NCBI GenBank assembly: GCA_016748015.1
Contig: JAAOMT010000226.1
Location: 1,299,381 to 1,326,465, forward strand
Direction: 5' to 3'
Length of the DNA: 27,085 nucleotides
Origin: Geosiphon pyriformis uo1
Taxonomy: Eukaryota > Fungi > Glomeromycota
Shown: one piece after another, positions 1-11,760 of the stretch
How the letters are laid out: each line of letters begins with the position of its first letter
Position numbering within the stretch: position 1 is the first letter of the stretch
Notes under the pieces: generated by a model
What the model was told of the DNA's origin: nothing
The model's database searches: none
The model's input: only the letters and a program-made list of their open reading frames with translations
Made by a program: the position numbers and the translations under genes

Positions 1-2027
1 TTTTTTTGTGCGAGCGAATCAGCAAATCTCACTTGCAAAGGTAAGCTGGCTCCTGGGAGTTGATATCCGTTGAATTTTTGGATTATTGCAAGGGCCGAAT
101 CACGGTCCTCCATTCTAAAATATAGAGACACGAGAAAATACTAATTTAATCTTAAATTTTGCAATACAAACTCGTTTTTGATATTAAATTTCATGCAGTA
201 AAACTAGAAACTATCTGGTAGCGAATGTCCGTCATCGAGGTTTCTTATATGCGCATAAGGATGATTGGACATTTACATTGTCGATTGTAATTAGTGAATT
301 TATAATAAATACCTTGCAAACCCAACTCCGCGACTTGTGCCATTCGAATCTCTAAGAATTCGATTAGACACAACTTTGTATGGTTTAAACAATTCTTCCA
401 ATTGCTATAGAAAATTTAAGGTCAAACAACGAGATTAATAACCGATGGGGATCAAGAGATTTTTTGGTGAAATTAAGATAATACCTGTTCATTCATTTCT
501 AATGGGAGATTAGAAAGATATATATTGGTTGAAGCCATATCCTGCAAATTCTTCAATCGAGTACTGAAGGATTCCTGTAGTTGAGCCCAAGATATCATAG
601 GATTAATATAGGGAACAAGGCAAAGAAAATAATGCAACCAAAAGATGAATTTTCACAAACATGCGTTTTACACTCACATAACCGACCTTGGCGAAGGATA
701 CTTGCAAACCCAAATGTGTTAATTGTTCAATGGCATGTTTAGCTTGATCCTCACTTTCGTACATCACGAAGCCATAGCCTTTGCAATCCCCTTGCTTTTG
801 ATCTATAATAGCCTTTGAAGAAGTAATTGCGCCATAACTGTATATTGTTTAAGTCGAAAATCAAGTAATGATTATTAAAAGTGTTTAATAGCTTTCCCAG
901 GAATTGGAAGAATATTCTCTTTCACAGATGTTCATGAATTTGTTGATATTCATTATGATAAATTGATATATCGTTACGTAAAAATATTCTTGAAGAAAAT
1001 GAATTAAATTTTCAGCACAATTCATTTTAGCTGTCACATCAGCGTGAAAATATGGGAAGTCAATTCCTTATCTTCTGCTCCATGGATTTTAGTAGTACAT
1101 TAAAAGCCTTCCCTTTATTTCTTTTTATACTCACATAGAGCACATAGCGTGCAATGTTTCGTCTGTAGTGGTAGGTGGGAGTCCCCGAATATATATATTT
1201 GTAGTTTTGGTAGGATTATGATAATTAGGCGGATTGCCAGCTTGCTGTGATCCAGAATTTCTTCGACCATATGTATATTGAGGTGAACGACTACCGCTGA
1301 TCCCACGACTACTATGAAGCGGACCGACTTTAGGAGAGGGAACACCAGGGCCAGGTAAATATTGAGGTGGAGGAGAGTTAGGTGCGGAGGAAGAAGTGTG
1401 AGATAATGTGGGAGACAGGGTGTGCAGAGCATGTATACTGTAAGGCGATTGAGGAGAATATAAGTAGGGTAGCATTTGGGGTGAATGTATGAGGCCAGTT
1501 GGTCCAACTTGTGGTGAAGTCGGATAATAAGCGATTGTTGGACTAGTTGCAGTAAAGTAAGGGCTCAGAGGCTGAGGGGGAAGGGATGGAGAGGAGGCTT
1601 GGGCGTTAAGTGGAGGTGTTCCAGGATAGCCAGCACCATAATCTCCTGGATAGTATTGTGAATACTGAGGGTGCATCCCGTATTGACCATAGGCGGTGTA
1701 ATTTGGATCGTTTGGATCATAGCTTACTGCCATTGTTGCCTGATATGCTTCGACAGCGGTTTGTTCTACATAAGCTGGTGTACCTCCGCCATTAGTATAA
1801 TAAAAGTTTGGGATCGGGGATAAAGGTAAGGGAGACGCGCTGGTATTGTTGGGGTTAGGAGTGTAATCTATAGGACCAGCTGTTTTAACATGTTCTTTTT
1901 CTTTAAGTTTATCAGGAGAGTGATTGTCCTTTTGTTCATTTCCAGATGAAACCACCATTACAGATGTTTCATTTTTTTTTATTTGGGAGTCAACTATTTC
2001 GACAGGGATATCTTTCACTGTAGTCAT
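1..2027 (-). CDS. Two-RRM RNA-binding protein, Spo5/RBMS(MSSP)-like; exons 2027-1135, 837-678, 574-485, 404-313, 114-<1 (3' partial); possible extra 5' micro-exon 2168-2148
   Basis: GT..AG introns join in phase to give [174 protein letters not shown]. This has the RNP2/RNP1 motifs of two RRMs and closely matches the S. pombe Spo5 RRM region as I recall it. The N-terminus is P/S/Y-rich and low-complexity. First in-frame ATG is 2027 (the ORF track start at 2048 is TTG). Confidence 0.9.
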
Positions 2028-2844
2028 TTCAAAAGTCTTAAAATTCAAAACATTAGCAAGACAAGAACGGTGTTCTTTATTTTATTTCCGTTGAACTGAC
2101 TGTTTGTTTAGTGTATGGTTTAGGGTTTTGGCTGTTTGATGACATACGTAACTTGTGATACGAGTCATGTTTCAAAGGTTTAGTGTAGCTCTTATTATAT
2201 TTTCGTCACTTCGGTGTCACTCTGTAGAAGTTGTGATAAATTCGGCTTTTGAAAAACTTATTACCTATAATTAGATTTTTTTTTTTTTAAGTCTTCCCGA
2301 AATAAGTTATACATTTGAACAACACCCGTGTTGAAAATTATAAATTGGCTAATCTTTGAGTTTCTTTGCTTCTTTGCTGGGCTATAATCTTGCATAATTA
2401 AAAATTTTTAAGCGGAAGACGCCATCGAGATAGAAAACTTTTTCCGAAAGCTCTTTATGCAAAAATCCAAAATTGTTAGGCGACGAGCGGAAACGCCAGA
2501 GTAATGAAAATTAATTTTTTGTAACTCACCATTCAAGAAAGGAAATTTATAAGTTAATTAAAAACTTCATTATTAGCTTTAGGCATTGTTTAATTAAGTA
2601 AGGTTTGCACATAAGTATTTTCAATCTCACCATCCGAAATTCATGTCTCACAGATCAAAGTATTGATAAAAAACAAACAATAAAAAGGTAAGTCTTGCAT
2701 CATTCGTGCAACCAAATAATTTTACTTGTGGGAAAAAATAAAAATGAATTTGGACGAATGGCATTGAGTTTTTGCCATTAGTTTACTACTTACAGATAAT
2801 AAAATTTTTGTTGATTTTGCATAGTGTTATCATTTGTTTTCAGT

Positions 2845-2845
<1 letters not shown>

Positions 2846-2890
<45 letters not shown>
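2846..2890 (+). repeat. (AAT)14 microsatellite at the junction of the gene's upstream region and the AT-rich island
   Basis: Perfect AAT run 2848-2889. Confidence 0.95.
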
Positions 2891-3099
2891 TAAATTTTGT
2901 TTTTTTACAAATTTCAACATCTTAAATTCTTATTTATTATTTTACAACATTAAAATTAACATTAATAAAAACCTAATATTAAAACTTTAAATTTTAAAAT
3001 TATATTTTTATTATTATTATTTTATTATGTTTTAATAAAATATAGTCTAATTATTAATTATAACATAAAATTCAAAATTTTTACAATTTACATATTTTT

Positions 3100-4626
3100 T
3101 ATATGTAATTAGTTACTTAAATTGGTTTAAATTAAATCTACAAAAGCAAACTTATTTAATACAGTTATCTTTTTACATAATTATAACCAAATTATTATTA
3201 TTATTAAGAATTAATTTAGCTAATTATATAGTAGTTTTATTTTATATGATTTGGTGCTATTATTGATTATTTTATATTATTATATATTAATTATATTTTT
3301 TTTATGATTAAACCAGTTTTTTAACTTAAATAACAATATAATTTTAAAAACAATAATAATAATTAATTTATAAGTTTTAATTTAAATTTAAAATACAAAT
3401 ATTTCCAAAATTTTGGCAAGTTTTTTATTATAATTTAATTATTTATTTAAATTGAATTAACTTTTAAAAATATAAAAATACAATAAAATAATTAAAAAAA
3501 AAATTTAAAACTTTTTTATAATTTGTTATATATTTTAATTATTGTTTTTTCTAATTTATATAAACAATTTTTTTATAATAATTTTTTTATATAAATAATA
3601 ATTTTTTTGTTAAAATTTTTTAATAATAAATAAAAAATAAACTTAAAATTTTTAATAAAATGTTGTTTTAATTTTTTAATCTTAATTGTTTTTTTTAAGT
3701 AATAGTTAATTTTAAATTATATAATAAAAAAAATTAGTTTTTGCTTTAAATGTTTTTAAATTTTTATAAAAATATTAATATAAAGTTTTTTTAAAAAAAA
3801 TTATCTATTTGACCAAGCTTTAAGTAATAGTTTTGATTTTAAAATGGTTTTTTTATGGTTATATAGTAATAATTAATTTGAATAATTAAGTTGTTTTAAA
3901 TATTTATATTGTAAAAATGAATTTGATAGTACTTAACTTTTATAATTATTATTAGATTAAGCATTATTATATTAAAAATATTATTTATAAAAAAAGTTTA
4001 AAGATTATTTAATTAAAAGTTAAAAGTATTCAGATTTATTTAAAAATAAGTGTGTTAATAATTTGGCAGATAAAATAATATTATCTGGTTTTGTATTATT
4101 AATTAAAATTAATAAACATTTTATTATAGTAAATAATAAAATAGTATTTAATAATATCTAATATATTTAAAATTATAAATTAAACTTATTAAAAAGTTGG
4201 TTCTAATACTTAAATTATAAAAAAATAATTGTTTAATAAAATAAAATAAAATAAATTTTTATTAATATAATATTTTAACTTATATATAACTGTTGGTTTT
4301 ATAAATAAATTTTTAATAAATTTGTATATTTACATAAAAACTATATATAAAAAGCTTTTAATAATTATTTATAAAAAATTGTAATTTAAATCTTATTTTA
4401 TTATTATATATATATATTATAAAAAAATTAAGTTTTTAAATCATGTATTTTTATGTATTATTAATTTTAATACTTACAAAAATTTGCTTAATTTACAGAC
4501 TACTATGTAAAAAAAAAATTAATCAATATTAATATATTGTTTTTTTTAATTTTAATATTTTTTTTCTGTTAATATAGTTAATAATATATTATATATAATA
4601 TTATAGTTCAAGAATTTAATAAAAAA
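3100..4626 (+). mobile_element. Hypermutated remnant of a LINE ORF2 3' part (RNase H, Cys-rich C-terminus, probable tail)
   Basis: 3810-4500 reads TKL*VIVLILK..VLNIYIVKMNLIVLNFYNYY*IKHYYIKNIIYKKSLKII*LKVKS..*KVGSNT..I*YFNLYITVGFINK..IKTIYKKLLIIIYKKL..YIYYKKIKFLNHVFLC. This is collinear with AELQVIVLALK..PNFCNQYWVEHHYIVNVIYNKNLKVSWHKVKD..WHPDLHMAANFTSK..MKTLHHWLPVAIQKHL..CLYCSNVETSNHVFSC of the 8.4-9.9 kb copy. The 5' limit is approximate. Confidence 0.8.
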
Positions 4627-4890
4627 TTATAAATTATTCAATCATATAATATAATTATAATTTTAAAAAAATAATAATTAATATAATAACAAATATTATT
4701 TTATAATAATAGTAAATACTAAGTTGAAATATCAAAAAAAGAGTATTATAATATGTTTTTTCATAAAATTACAAACATATATATATATATAATAGTTTTA
4801 ATATTAAGAAAAATTATTTTTTTAACTTTTAATTTTTCATTTTAATTATTTTTTAACTTTTATTTTTAATAAATATTTAAAGAAATTTTT

Positions 4891-5337
4891 AAATTAAAAA
4901 AATAAGAAATAATATTAAAAACTAAATTATTATAATCAACAATATTAAAAAACTTATTTATATTATTTATTAAATAAAAATATTATTTATAGTTAAATTT
5001 CTTAAATAAATAATCTCTAATTAAGATTATTTATATTATTATTATTTATTAATAAAAACTTATTATAAAATTAAAAAAGCACTAAAAACTATTAATATTT
5101 TATGTTTTTAAATTAAAAAAACACTTTAAGCAATTGCAAAATTAGTTTTAAAAAAGATCTCAAAACAATAAATAGATTTTAATTTAGTTTTTAGAAAAAA
5201 ATATATAATTATATAATTAAAAATTAAAAAATAATTTATATTATAATATTAAAAAAAAGTTTTTAATATAAAATTAGCATTATTATGCAAATAAAATTAA
5301 AAAAATAAGAAATAATATTAAAAACTAAATTATTATA
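4891..5337 (+). repeat. Exact 44-bp direct repeat (4891-4934 and 5294-5337)
   Basis: aaattaaaaaaataagaaataatattaaaaactaaattattata occurs twice, 403 bp apart. Confidence 0.85.
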
Positions 5338-6399
5338 TTAACAATTAATATATTAAAAAAACTACTATATAATAATAGTTTTATATAAAAACTTGGTTTT
5401 TAAAAAATAATTATAAAAAACCAAGTTTTTTTTAATAATAATAAATTAACTATTTTTAAAGTAGTTATTTATTATCATATTAATATTTAGTTAATAAAAA
5501 ATAATTACAAAATATTATTAGAAAAATATAACTTATTAATAAATAATAATTATGAAAAAAAAAATATGTTTTATTAAATAAAATTATATATTTATTTAAT
5601 ATTAATAAAACTTTAAAAGTTTTTTTGGTATTTATGTTTTATGTTTATTTTATGCTAATATTATCAGTTAAAAATTTAATAAACTAAATTAAATTAAACT
5701 TTAAATATTATTCAATTTGGTTTAAATTATAACCAAATTTTTAAAATAAATTCAATTTGAGTTTAAAATTAAATCTTTTTAACAAGTTTAAATTCAGTTT
5801 AAATCTGGTTTAAAGTTTACAAACTTGTTTAAGTATGATAATTAATATATAAAACTATATATATAACAATTTTATTTTTTAATTTACCAAAATAAAAATA
5901 TTGTATAATATTATTAAAGATTTAAAATCTAAAATAACAAAATTTAATAATCTAAATAGTCCAAATATTAATTTTTTTAGTAAATATAGTTTTTAAAATA
6001 AAATATAAAACTATTTTAATAAGTTTAAATAAACAAAAAAAAAGCTAAATATATAGTTTCAAAATATATATATAAATTATTTTTTTATAAAACTATAAAT
6101 ATTATTAAATTTTTATAATACTATTTAAAAATTTTTTATTAAATAGTATTTAAATTATTATTTTTATTAAAAATTTAATATTTAAGCATATTAAACTCAA
6201 TTTTTTTATCTTATATATATGATTCATAATTACTTAAAAATTTAAAAATTATTTGTTATTTTTAAACATGTTTTTTTATAAATAAAAATATAATTGTTGA
6301 TATAAATTTTGTTTGAAATTTAGCCAAAATTTTTGTTTAAGTTTGATTTAATTTAATAATTTGATTAAACTTAGATTAAATTAAATCAAATATTAAAAC

Positions 6400-6583
6400 T
6401 TTATTGTCAATAATATATTTGTTTCTATAATTTTATAGTATTATCTTAATTAATTTAAGTAATTAATTATATATAGAAAAAACATAAACTATATTTAGTT
6501 TAAATATTTGTTGTTATATTATACTATATAGTAATTAGGTTTTACTTATTAAATATTAATAATAAATAAATAGATAAATAAAT
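6400..6583 (+). mobile_element. Hypermutated LINE 3' end (ORF2 stop, 3' UTR, A-rich tail)
   Basis: 6436-6555 aligns with the 3' UTR of the full-length copy (12157-12035 reverse complement), differing mostly by C->T and G->A. Confidence 0.85.
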
Positions 6584-8421
6584 TTTTTTGATATTTTTAA
6601 TAATTATTATTTTGTTTATTAATAAAATGCTTTATTTTTATAAATTTTATATTTTATAGAAAACATTAAATATTTATATATAATTTATTTAAATAATATA
6701 ATATAATTTTAGTGTTTAATTATAAAATATTAATTGAAAATTTTGTTAATTTTAAAGATTTTTAATATATATAAAAATTTTTGATAGTTTTTTTAAGTAA
6801 TTTATTTATAAAAAGTTTTTTTTATAAAAAACAAAAATATTAAAATTTTTAAAATATTAATATTTATAATTATAATAATATTTATTATTTTTTAATTGTA
6901 TTATATAAGCTGTTTTTAATTGTAATTAATCTAATTATAATATTTAAATATAATCAATAAAATTTAGTATTGTTTTTTTAAATTTTTAATAAGCTAATAA
7001 TTTTTAATAAAATTAATTTTAAAATATATTTCTTTTTTATTAAATTATTATAATATCAAATTATTTGTTATAATAGTTAAATTACTAAATTGTTTTTTAC
7101 TATTTTTAATTATGTTTAAATTAATTACAAATTTTTAAAAAAATAAAAAATTTAATATTTTTTAATTATTATGATTAAAAGTAATTAATTTAAGTTATTA
7201 AAATTTCAAAAATATTTATGTTAATTATATTAAAACATAAATAAAAAAAAATAAGTAATTTTAATAGAATTTTAATTTATATATATTAAAATTTTAATAA
7301 TATTTTTTTTAAATCAAAATTACTTATATATATATATATTTTTAGTTTTATAAAATAATTTTAAAAATGTTAATATTTTCTTAATTGTAAATATTTTAAT
7401 ATTTAAAAAAAATTAATCTTATAATAAATTTTATTAATAAAAGTTTAATCAATTTAGATTTCAAAAAAACCAATTTAATATTTATTATAACAATAGTAGT
7501 TTTTATATATAATTTTGTACTAATATTATAATTTATAAAAATTTTGAAATTAATTACAAATTTTATTGATATTTTAAAAATATATATAAAAATATTTTAT
7601 AATTTAAAGCTAAATAATTTAAATCTTAATATTTAAAACAATATTAACAATTAAAAATTTTTTATTAATTTATAATTTCTTTTTTAAAGTATTAATTTTA
7701 ATAATAATAATATCTAAATTTTTATAAAAACCAATTTAATAATAACATATTTTAATTATTAAACAGAATTAAAAGATTAAAAATAAAACAAATATAATTA
7801 TATATTTAAAAACCAGTTTAATAAACTTAAAAACAATATAATTAAATAAAAATTTATTAATTTGGTTTTAAAATAAAAAAAACTAATATTATTTTTCTTA
7901 ATAAAAATTAACCAATAAACCAAAATAATATTTAAAAAAAAATTTTTATAATTAGAAATAAATATACTGTACTGTTATTAGCCAAAAAATTTTAATTTTA
8001 ATTTTTTATTATTGTTTTACAAATTTAATTTAACATTAAAAATTTTGTTAAAAATATTATAAAAAACAACAACAAAAACAAAATTAAATATAAAAAACTT
8101 AACAATTTTAAAAATAAAAAAGTAATTTAACAAGTTTAATTTATATAACAATATTTAAAAAAGTTTAAATATAAACTTTATACAAAAAAAATTAATATTG
8201 TATTTAATAATTAATTTTAAACCAAAAAAACTAAAAAACAATTTTAATATAAACAAATTTAATTTTTATGGTTTTATTAAATATTAAAATAAAAACTTAC
8301 TAAAAAACTTTTATTAATTTACATATATTTTTTAAATATTATTAAAAAAAAAATTTTTAGTTTTTATCTAATTTAAATTAATTATTTAAAATTATATATA
8401 AAAACTATTAAGATGTTAAAA

Positions 8422-9755
8422 TTGTTTCTGTCTGTGATCATCTCTCACAAATTGGTGCTAATAGTTTGTTAGTGTATATAAATGGGTCTCTTAATGGTCT
8501 GGACACAGCTGGTTATAGAGCTGGTGCTGCTGCTTTTTTCAAGGACATTGATTTGAATTTAAGTATTAGTGTATTGAGTTTGATATTATCTACTTTGGCA
8601 GAGTTGCAGGTTATTGTACTGGCTCTGAAGTGTATCCCTTCAATGAGCTCTGTTAAATTGTTTTTAGATAGCCAATCTGCTCTGGATGTCTATAGATCAG
8701 AATTGGGTCTGACATATCCCAACTTTTGTAATCAGTATTGGGTAGAGCATCATTATATTGTCAATGTTATTTACAATAAGAATCTGAAGGTCAGCTGGCA
8801 TAAAGTTAAAGATTATTCTGGTGTTTTAGGGAATGAGCACGCTAACATAATTGCTGGTGACACTTTTCTTTCTAGTTGGCATCTTCCTTCTTGCTTGGGT
8901 CAATGCTTTATAATGGCTGATAGTGGTGTTGTTTCAAGCAATTTCAGATATTTTGTTCATAATATTTATTATTTGGTTTGTTGTACACACTGAAAGGTTG
9001 GTTTTGGTTCCAGGTTTTTGGCAGACAGTTTGCTTTCTGAAGTTGATTGGCTCCATTTATCTTTGGTTTGGCACCCTGACTTGCATATGGCTGCCAATTT
9101 TACCAGCAAACTCTTGGCTAATGCATGTACTTATTTCATGAAAACTCTACACCACTGGCTGCCAGTTGCCATTCAGAAGCATCTTTATAATAGACTCTAT
9201 TCAAGTGTTTTGTGCTTATATTGTAGTAATGTGGAGACATCAAATCATGTGTTCTCTTGTAAGATTGATGATTCTACTTAATGTCAGTTATTGGAATCTC
9301 ATGTGAACTTCTGGAAGGCAACTTCTAGTCTTTCTCATTCTTCTTCAGGTGTATTACAACTGTTATCATTCTGTGTTTCTGACTCCTCTTTGTCCATGGC
9401 TCTTTATAAGGGTTTTGTTTTTGGTGGTTGGTTTCGCAAAGCAGTTACTGTCTTTCAAAATCCCAAAGTTGCTTGTTTGGAAATTGTCAAATTTGTGCAC
9501 TCTCTTAGTCTTGCTTTTAGGAGTGATGTCTGGTCAGTTTGTGCTAAACATTGTGCTTATATGGAGAAAAAAGGATTAATTCCTCTTGATGGCTTGGTTC
9601 TCATCTTGGTTTCTGGTTTGGCCTTAAGATTGTCAGTTATGATGGTCAAATTGCTTGATATTGCCAATGCTTTTGGTGTTTATTTTGGCTTTCACAAATT
9701 TTGTTTGTTTTTTTCAGGCATAAGTAACTTAGTTTCAGTTCACATAGCTGTATAG
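8422..9755 (+). pseudogene. LINE ORF2 C-terminal part (RNase H plus Cys/His domain), with premature stops
   Basis: ORFs 8466-8993, 9018-9281 and 9291-9755 share one frame, separated by in-frame TGA/TAA. Confidence 0.88.
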
Positions 9756-9887
9756 TGTTGTTTTGATCAGTCTAAATAACTGGTCATATATGGAAAATAC
9801 ATGATTCATGCCTAGTATAGATTATTTCTTTGATGTATAGCACTAGGTAGTGTTTGGACCTTACTTGTAAAGCTAATAAAAAAAAAA
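8422..9887 (+). mobile_element. 5'-truncated LINE (RNase H to poly(A)) with a 12-bp TSD AA(G/A)ATGTTAAAA at 8410-8421 / 9884-9895
   Basis: RNase H (VYINGS..LAELQ..FLDSQ..WHKVKDYSGVLGNEHAN), C-terminal CLYC..NHVFSC, stop at 9755, ~120-nt 3' UTR, AATAAA running into an A-tail, and a flanking duplication. Confidence 0.92.
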
Positions 9888-10140
9888 TGTTAAAAAAACA
9901 AAATTTTTTAACATTACAAAAAAATTTAAATATAAACTTGAAAAAATATTTACTTATTTATTGTTTAACTTTTTTTGTTATTTAAGTAATTAAAAAAAAC
10001 AACAAAAAAAACAGTTAATTTTTTTATAATTAAAAACTTTAAAACTCTTTAAAATAAAACTTAAATAATTTTAAAAATTCAAAATAATTATATTAAATCT
10101 ATTTTTATATGTTGTTTTAATAAAATTTTAAAAAACTCTC

Positions 10141-11760
10141 TTATTTTATTTTTATTTTTATTTTTTATAAGTAAAATTCAATTACTATTTAGTATATAAA
10201 ACCAGACTAAATAACTTAGACTAAATATAACTTATGTATTTACTACATATAACTAGTCATTTAAATCAGATAAAACAATACTATACACTTATATAAATAT
10301 TAACAGTATTACTTAACTCATAAAAAAAAGAATACAACATATACCTGCCAAAACTAACAGCAAAAAATTTAATATATCAAACAAACAGATCATTTATCTA
10401 ACAAATATCTTATAAAATTACAAAATAATCCAGATATTATACTACTATCATCAATCAAACCAGCTTTTTTTATATTTATTTATGTTTAAATCTTACAAAC
10501 TAAATCTTTAAATAATGCTTCTTTATCAAATGTTTTACCAATTTAATTACTGCTATAATAGTTTTTTTTTTGAATATCACAATAGTCTCTTTATACTAAT
10601 TTCTTAACACAAAGTCTTTGCAAATCACAGTATACAATCTTATGTCTAATAAACACTTGGAAATAGTCTTTAGAATAATAATAATAAAATTATAAACACT
10701 TACCAAAGAGACCTAAACAGCTAAAGCTCCTATCAAAATTTTTTCACAAATATTAGCATTATTAACACAAGTAAAAATATAATCTGAAATTTAATCTTAT
10801 TACAAAATAAACACAAAATTCCAGAATACAATTTGTCATATAATTTTTTCTTAACCATTATTAACAGCTGTTTATGCATGATTTTCATTAAATAAATACA
10901 CAAATTGGCCAATTCTTTGTTAGTAAACTCAGACAGCATATGTGAATTAGGATACTAAATCTGTATAATAAACACTTAGTTTATTTTTTTAATTAAAGTA
11001 CAAAAGACTACATTATAATCAGAACTAGCTTTCTAATAAGCATAACTAATAAACTTATAAATATTATAAACAAAATAACAAATACAACTGTGTTTTTAGC
11101 CACTACATAATATTTACTTATATCAATAAATAATAAAAAGAAAAAAACAACAGCCACTTTTGCCATCAAGTCAGTTTTAATATTGCCTAAAACATCTAAA
11201 TGATTCTTGACTTTTACTTACTCAACTAAGAAATCTTTATTTTTTATTAAATTAACAATATGTCTTTTTTTTAATTAGCACTAATTGTAAAAATTAAGTG
11301 TAGTAATTTCAGTCTTAAAAATACAAACATTAATAGCAGTTTAATTGTCTAAATACATAATAACTATACAAGAAAAAGAAACACATTCTAAAAACAAAGT
11401 AACAGCCTATAATTTAGTTATTGTAGAAGACAAAAGCCTATAAACAATAGCATTAATGCCTATATTTATAGCTGGAAAATATGTTATAGTCTTATAAGTA
11501 ATTTTAGCTAAACTCATATTTTTTAAAGACTTATCCATGTATATATTAATAGCTTCTAACTAAATCTTAAACAAATTTTTATATACTTCTAAAAACTTAC
11601 TAAAATTTAGAATGTTTGTATTAAAAAAATCATTAACTTCAACAAAACTTGTTTTTAAAGTATTTTTATTATGCAAAAATTATAAAGTTAAAACAAACTA
11701 ATAAAACACAAAATCCCTAAGATCTATTTTATTTAAAACTACAAAAATTGTTTTAAACTA
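10141..11760 (-). mobile_element. Older 5'-truncated LINE copy, heavily C->T/G->A mutated (~20-25% GC), tail-to-tail with the 8.4-9.9 kb copy
   Basis: Minus strand reads VYMDKSL..LLSSTITKL*AVTLFLECV..YLDN*TAIN..*VKVKNHLDVLGNIKTD (RNase H) and ILCLFCNKI. Stop at 10283-10281, followed by the family 3' UTR and a (TAAAAA)n tail. Confidence 0.88.

Larger units (their letters stand above)
2891..8409. other. Extreme AT-rich block (~8-10% GC), at least partly hypermutated transposon remnants
   Basis: Hand count 7501-8400: 72 G+C in 900 nt, no CpG. Parts decode as LINE sequence; 4630-6400 and 6590-8400 could not be assigned. Confidence 0.85.

Noticed and set aside
1115-1795. ORFs 1115-1507 (-) and 1610-1795 (+)
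   Set aside because: Alternative-frame or antisense overlaps of the RRM gene's large exon, with non-ATG starts.
2891-8409. AT-rich blocks as mitochondrial or endosymbiont insertions, or simple low-complexity DNA
   Set aside because: Parts decode collinearly as LINE or Gypsy sequence with transition-dominated changes; no organellar genes or intact ORFs are seen.
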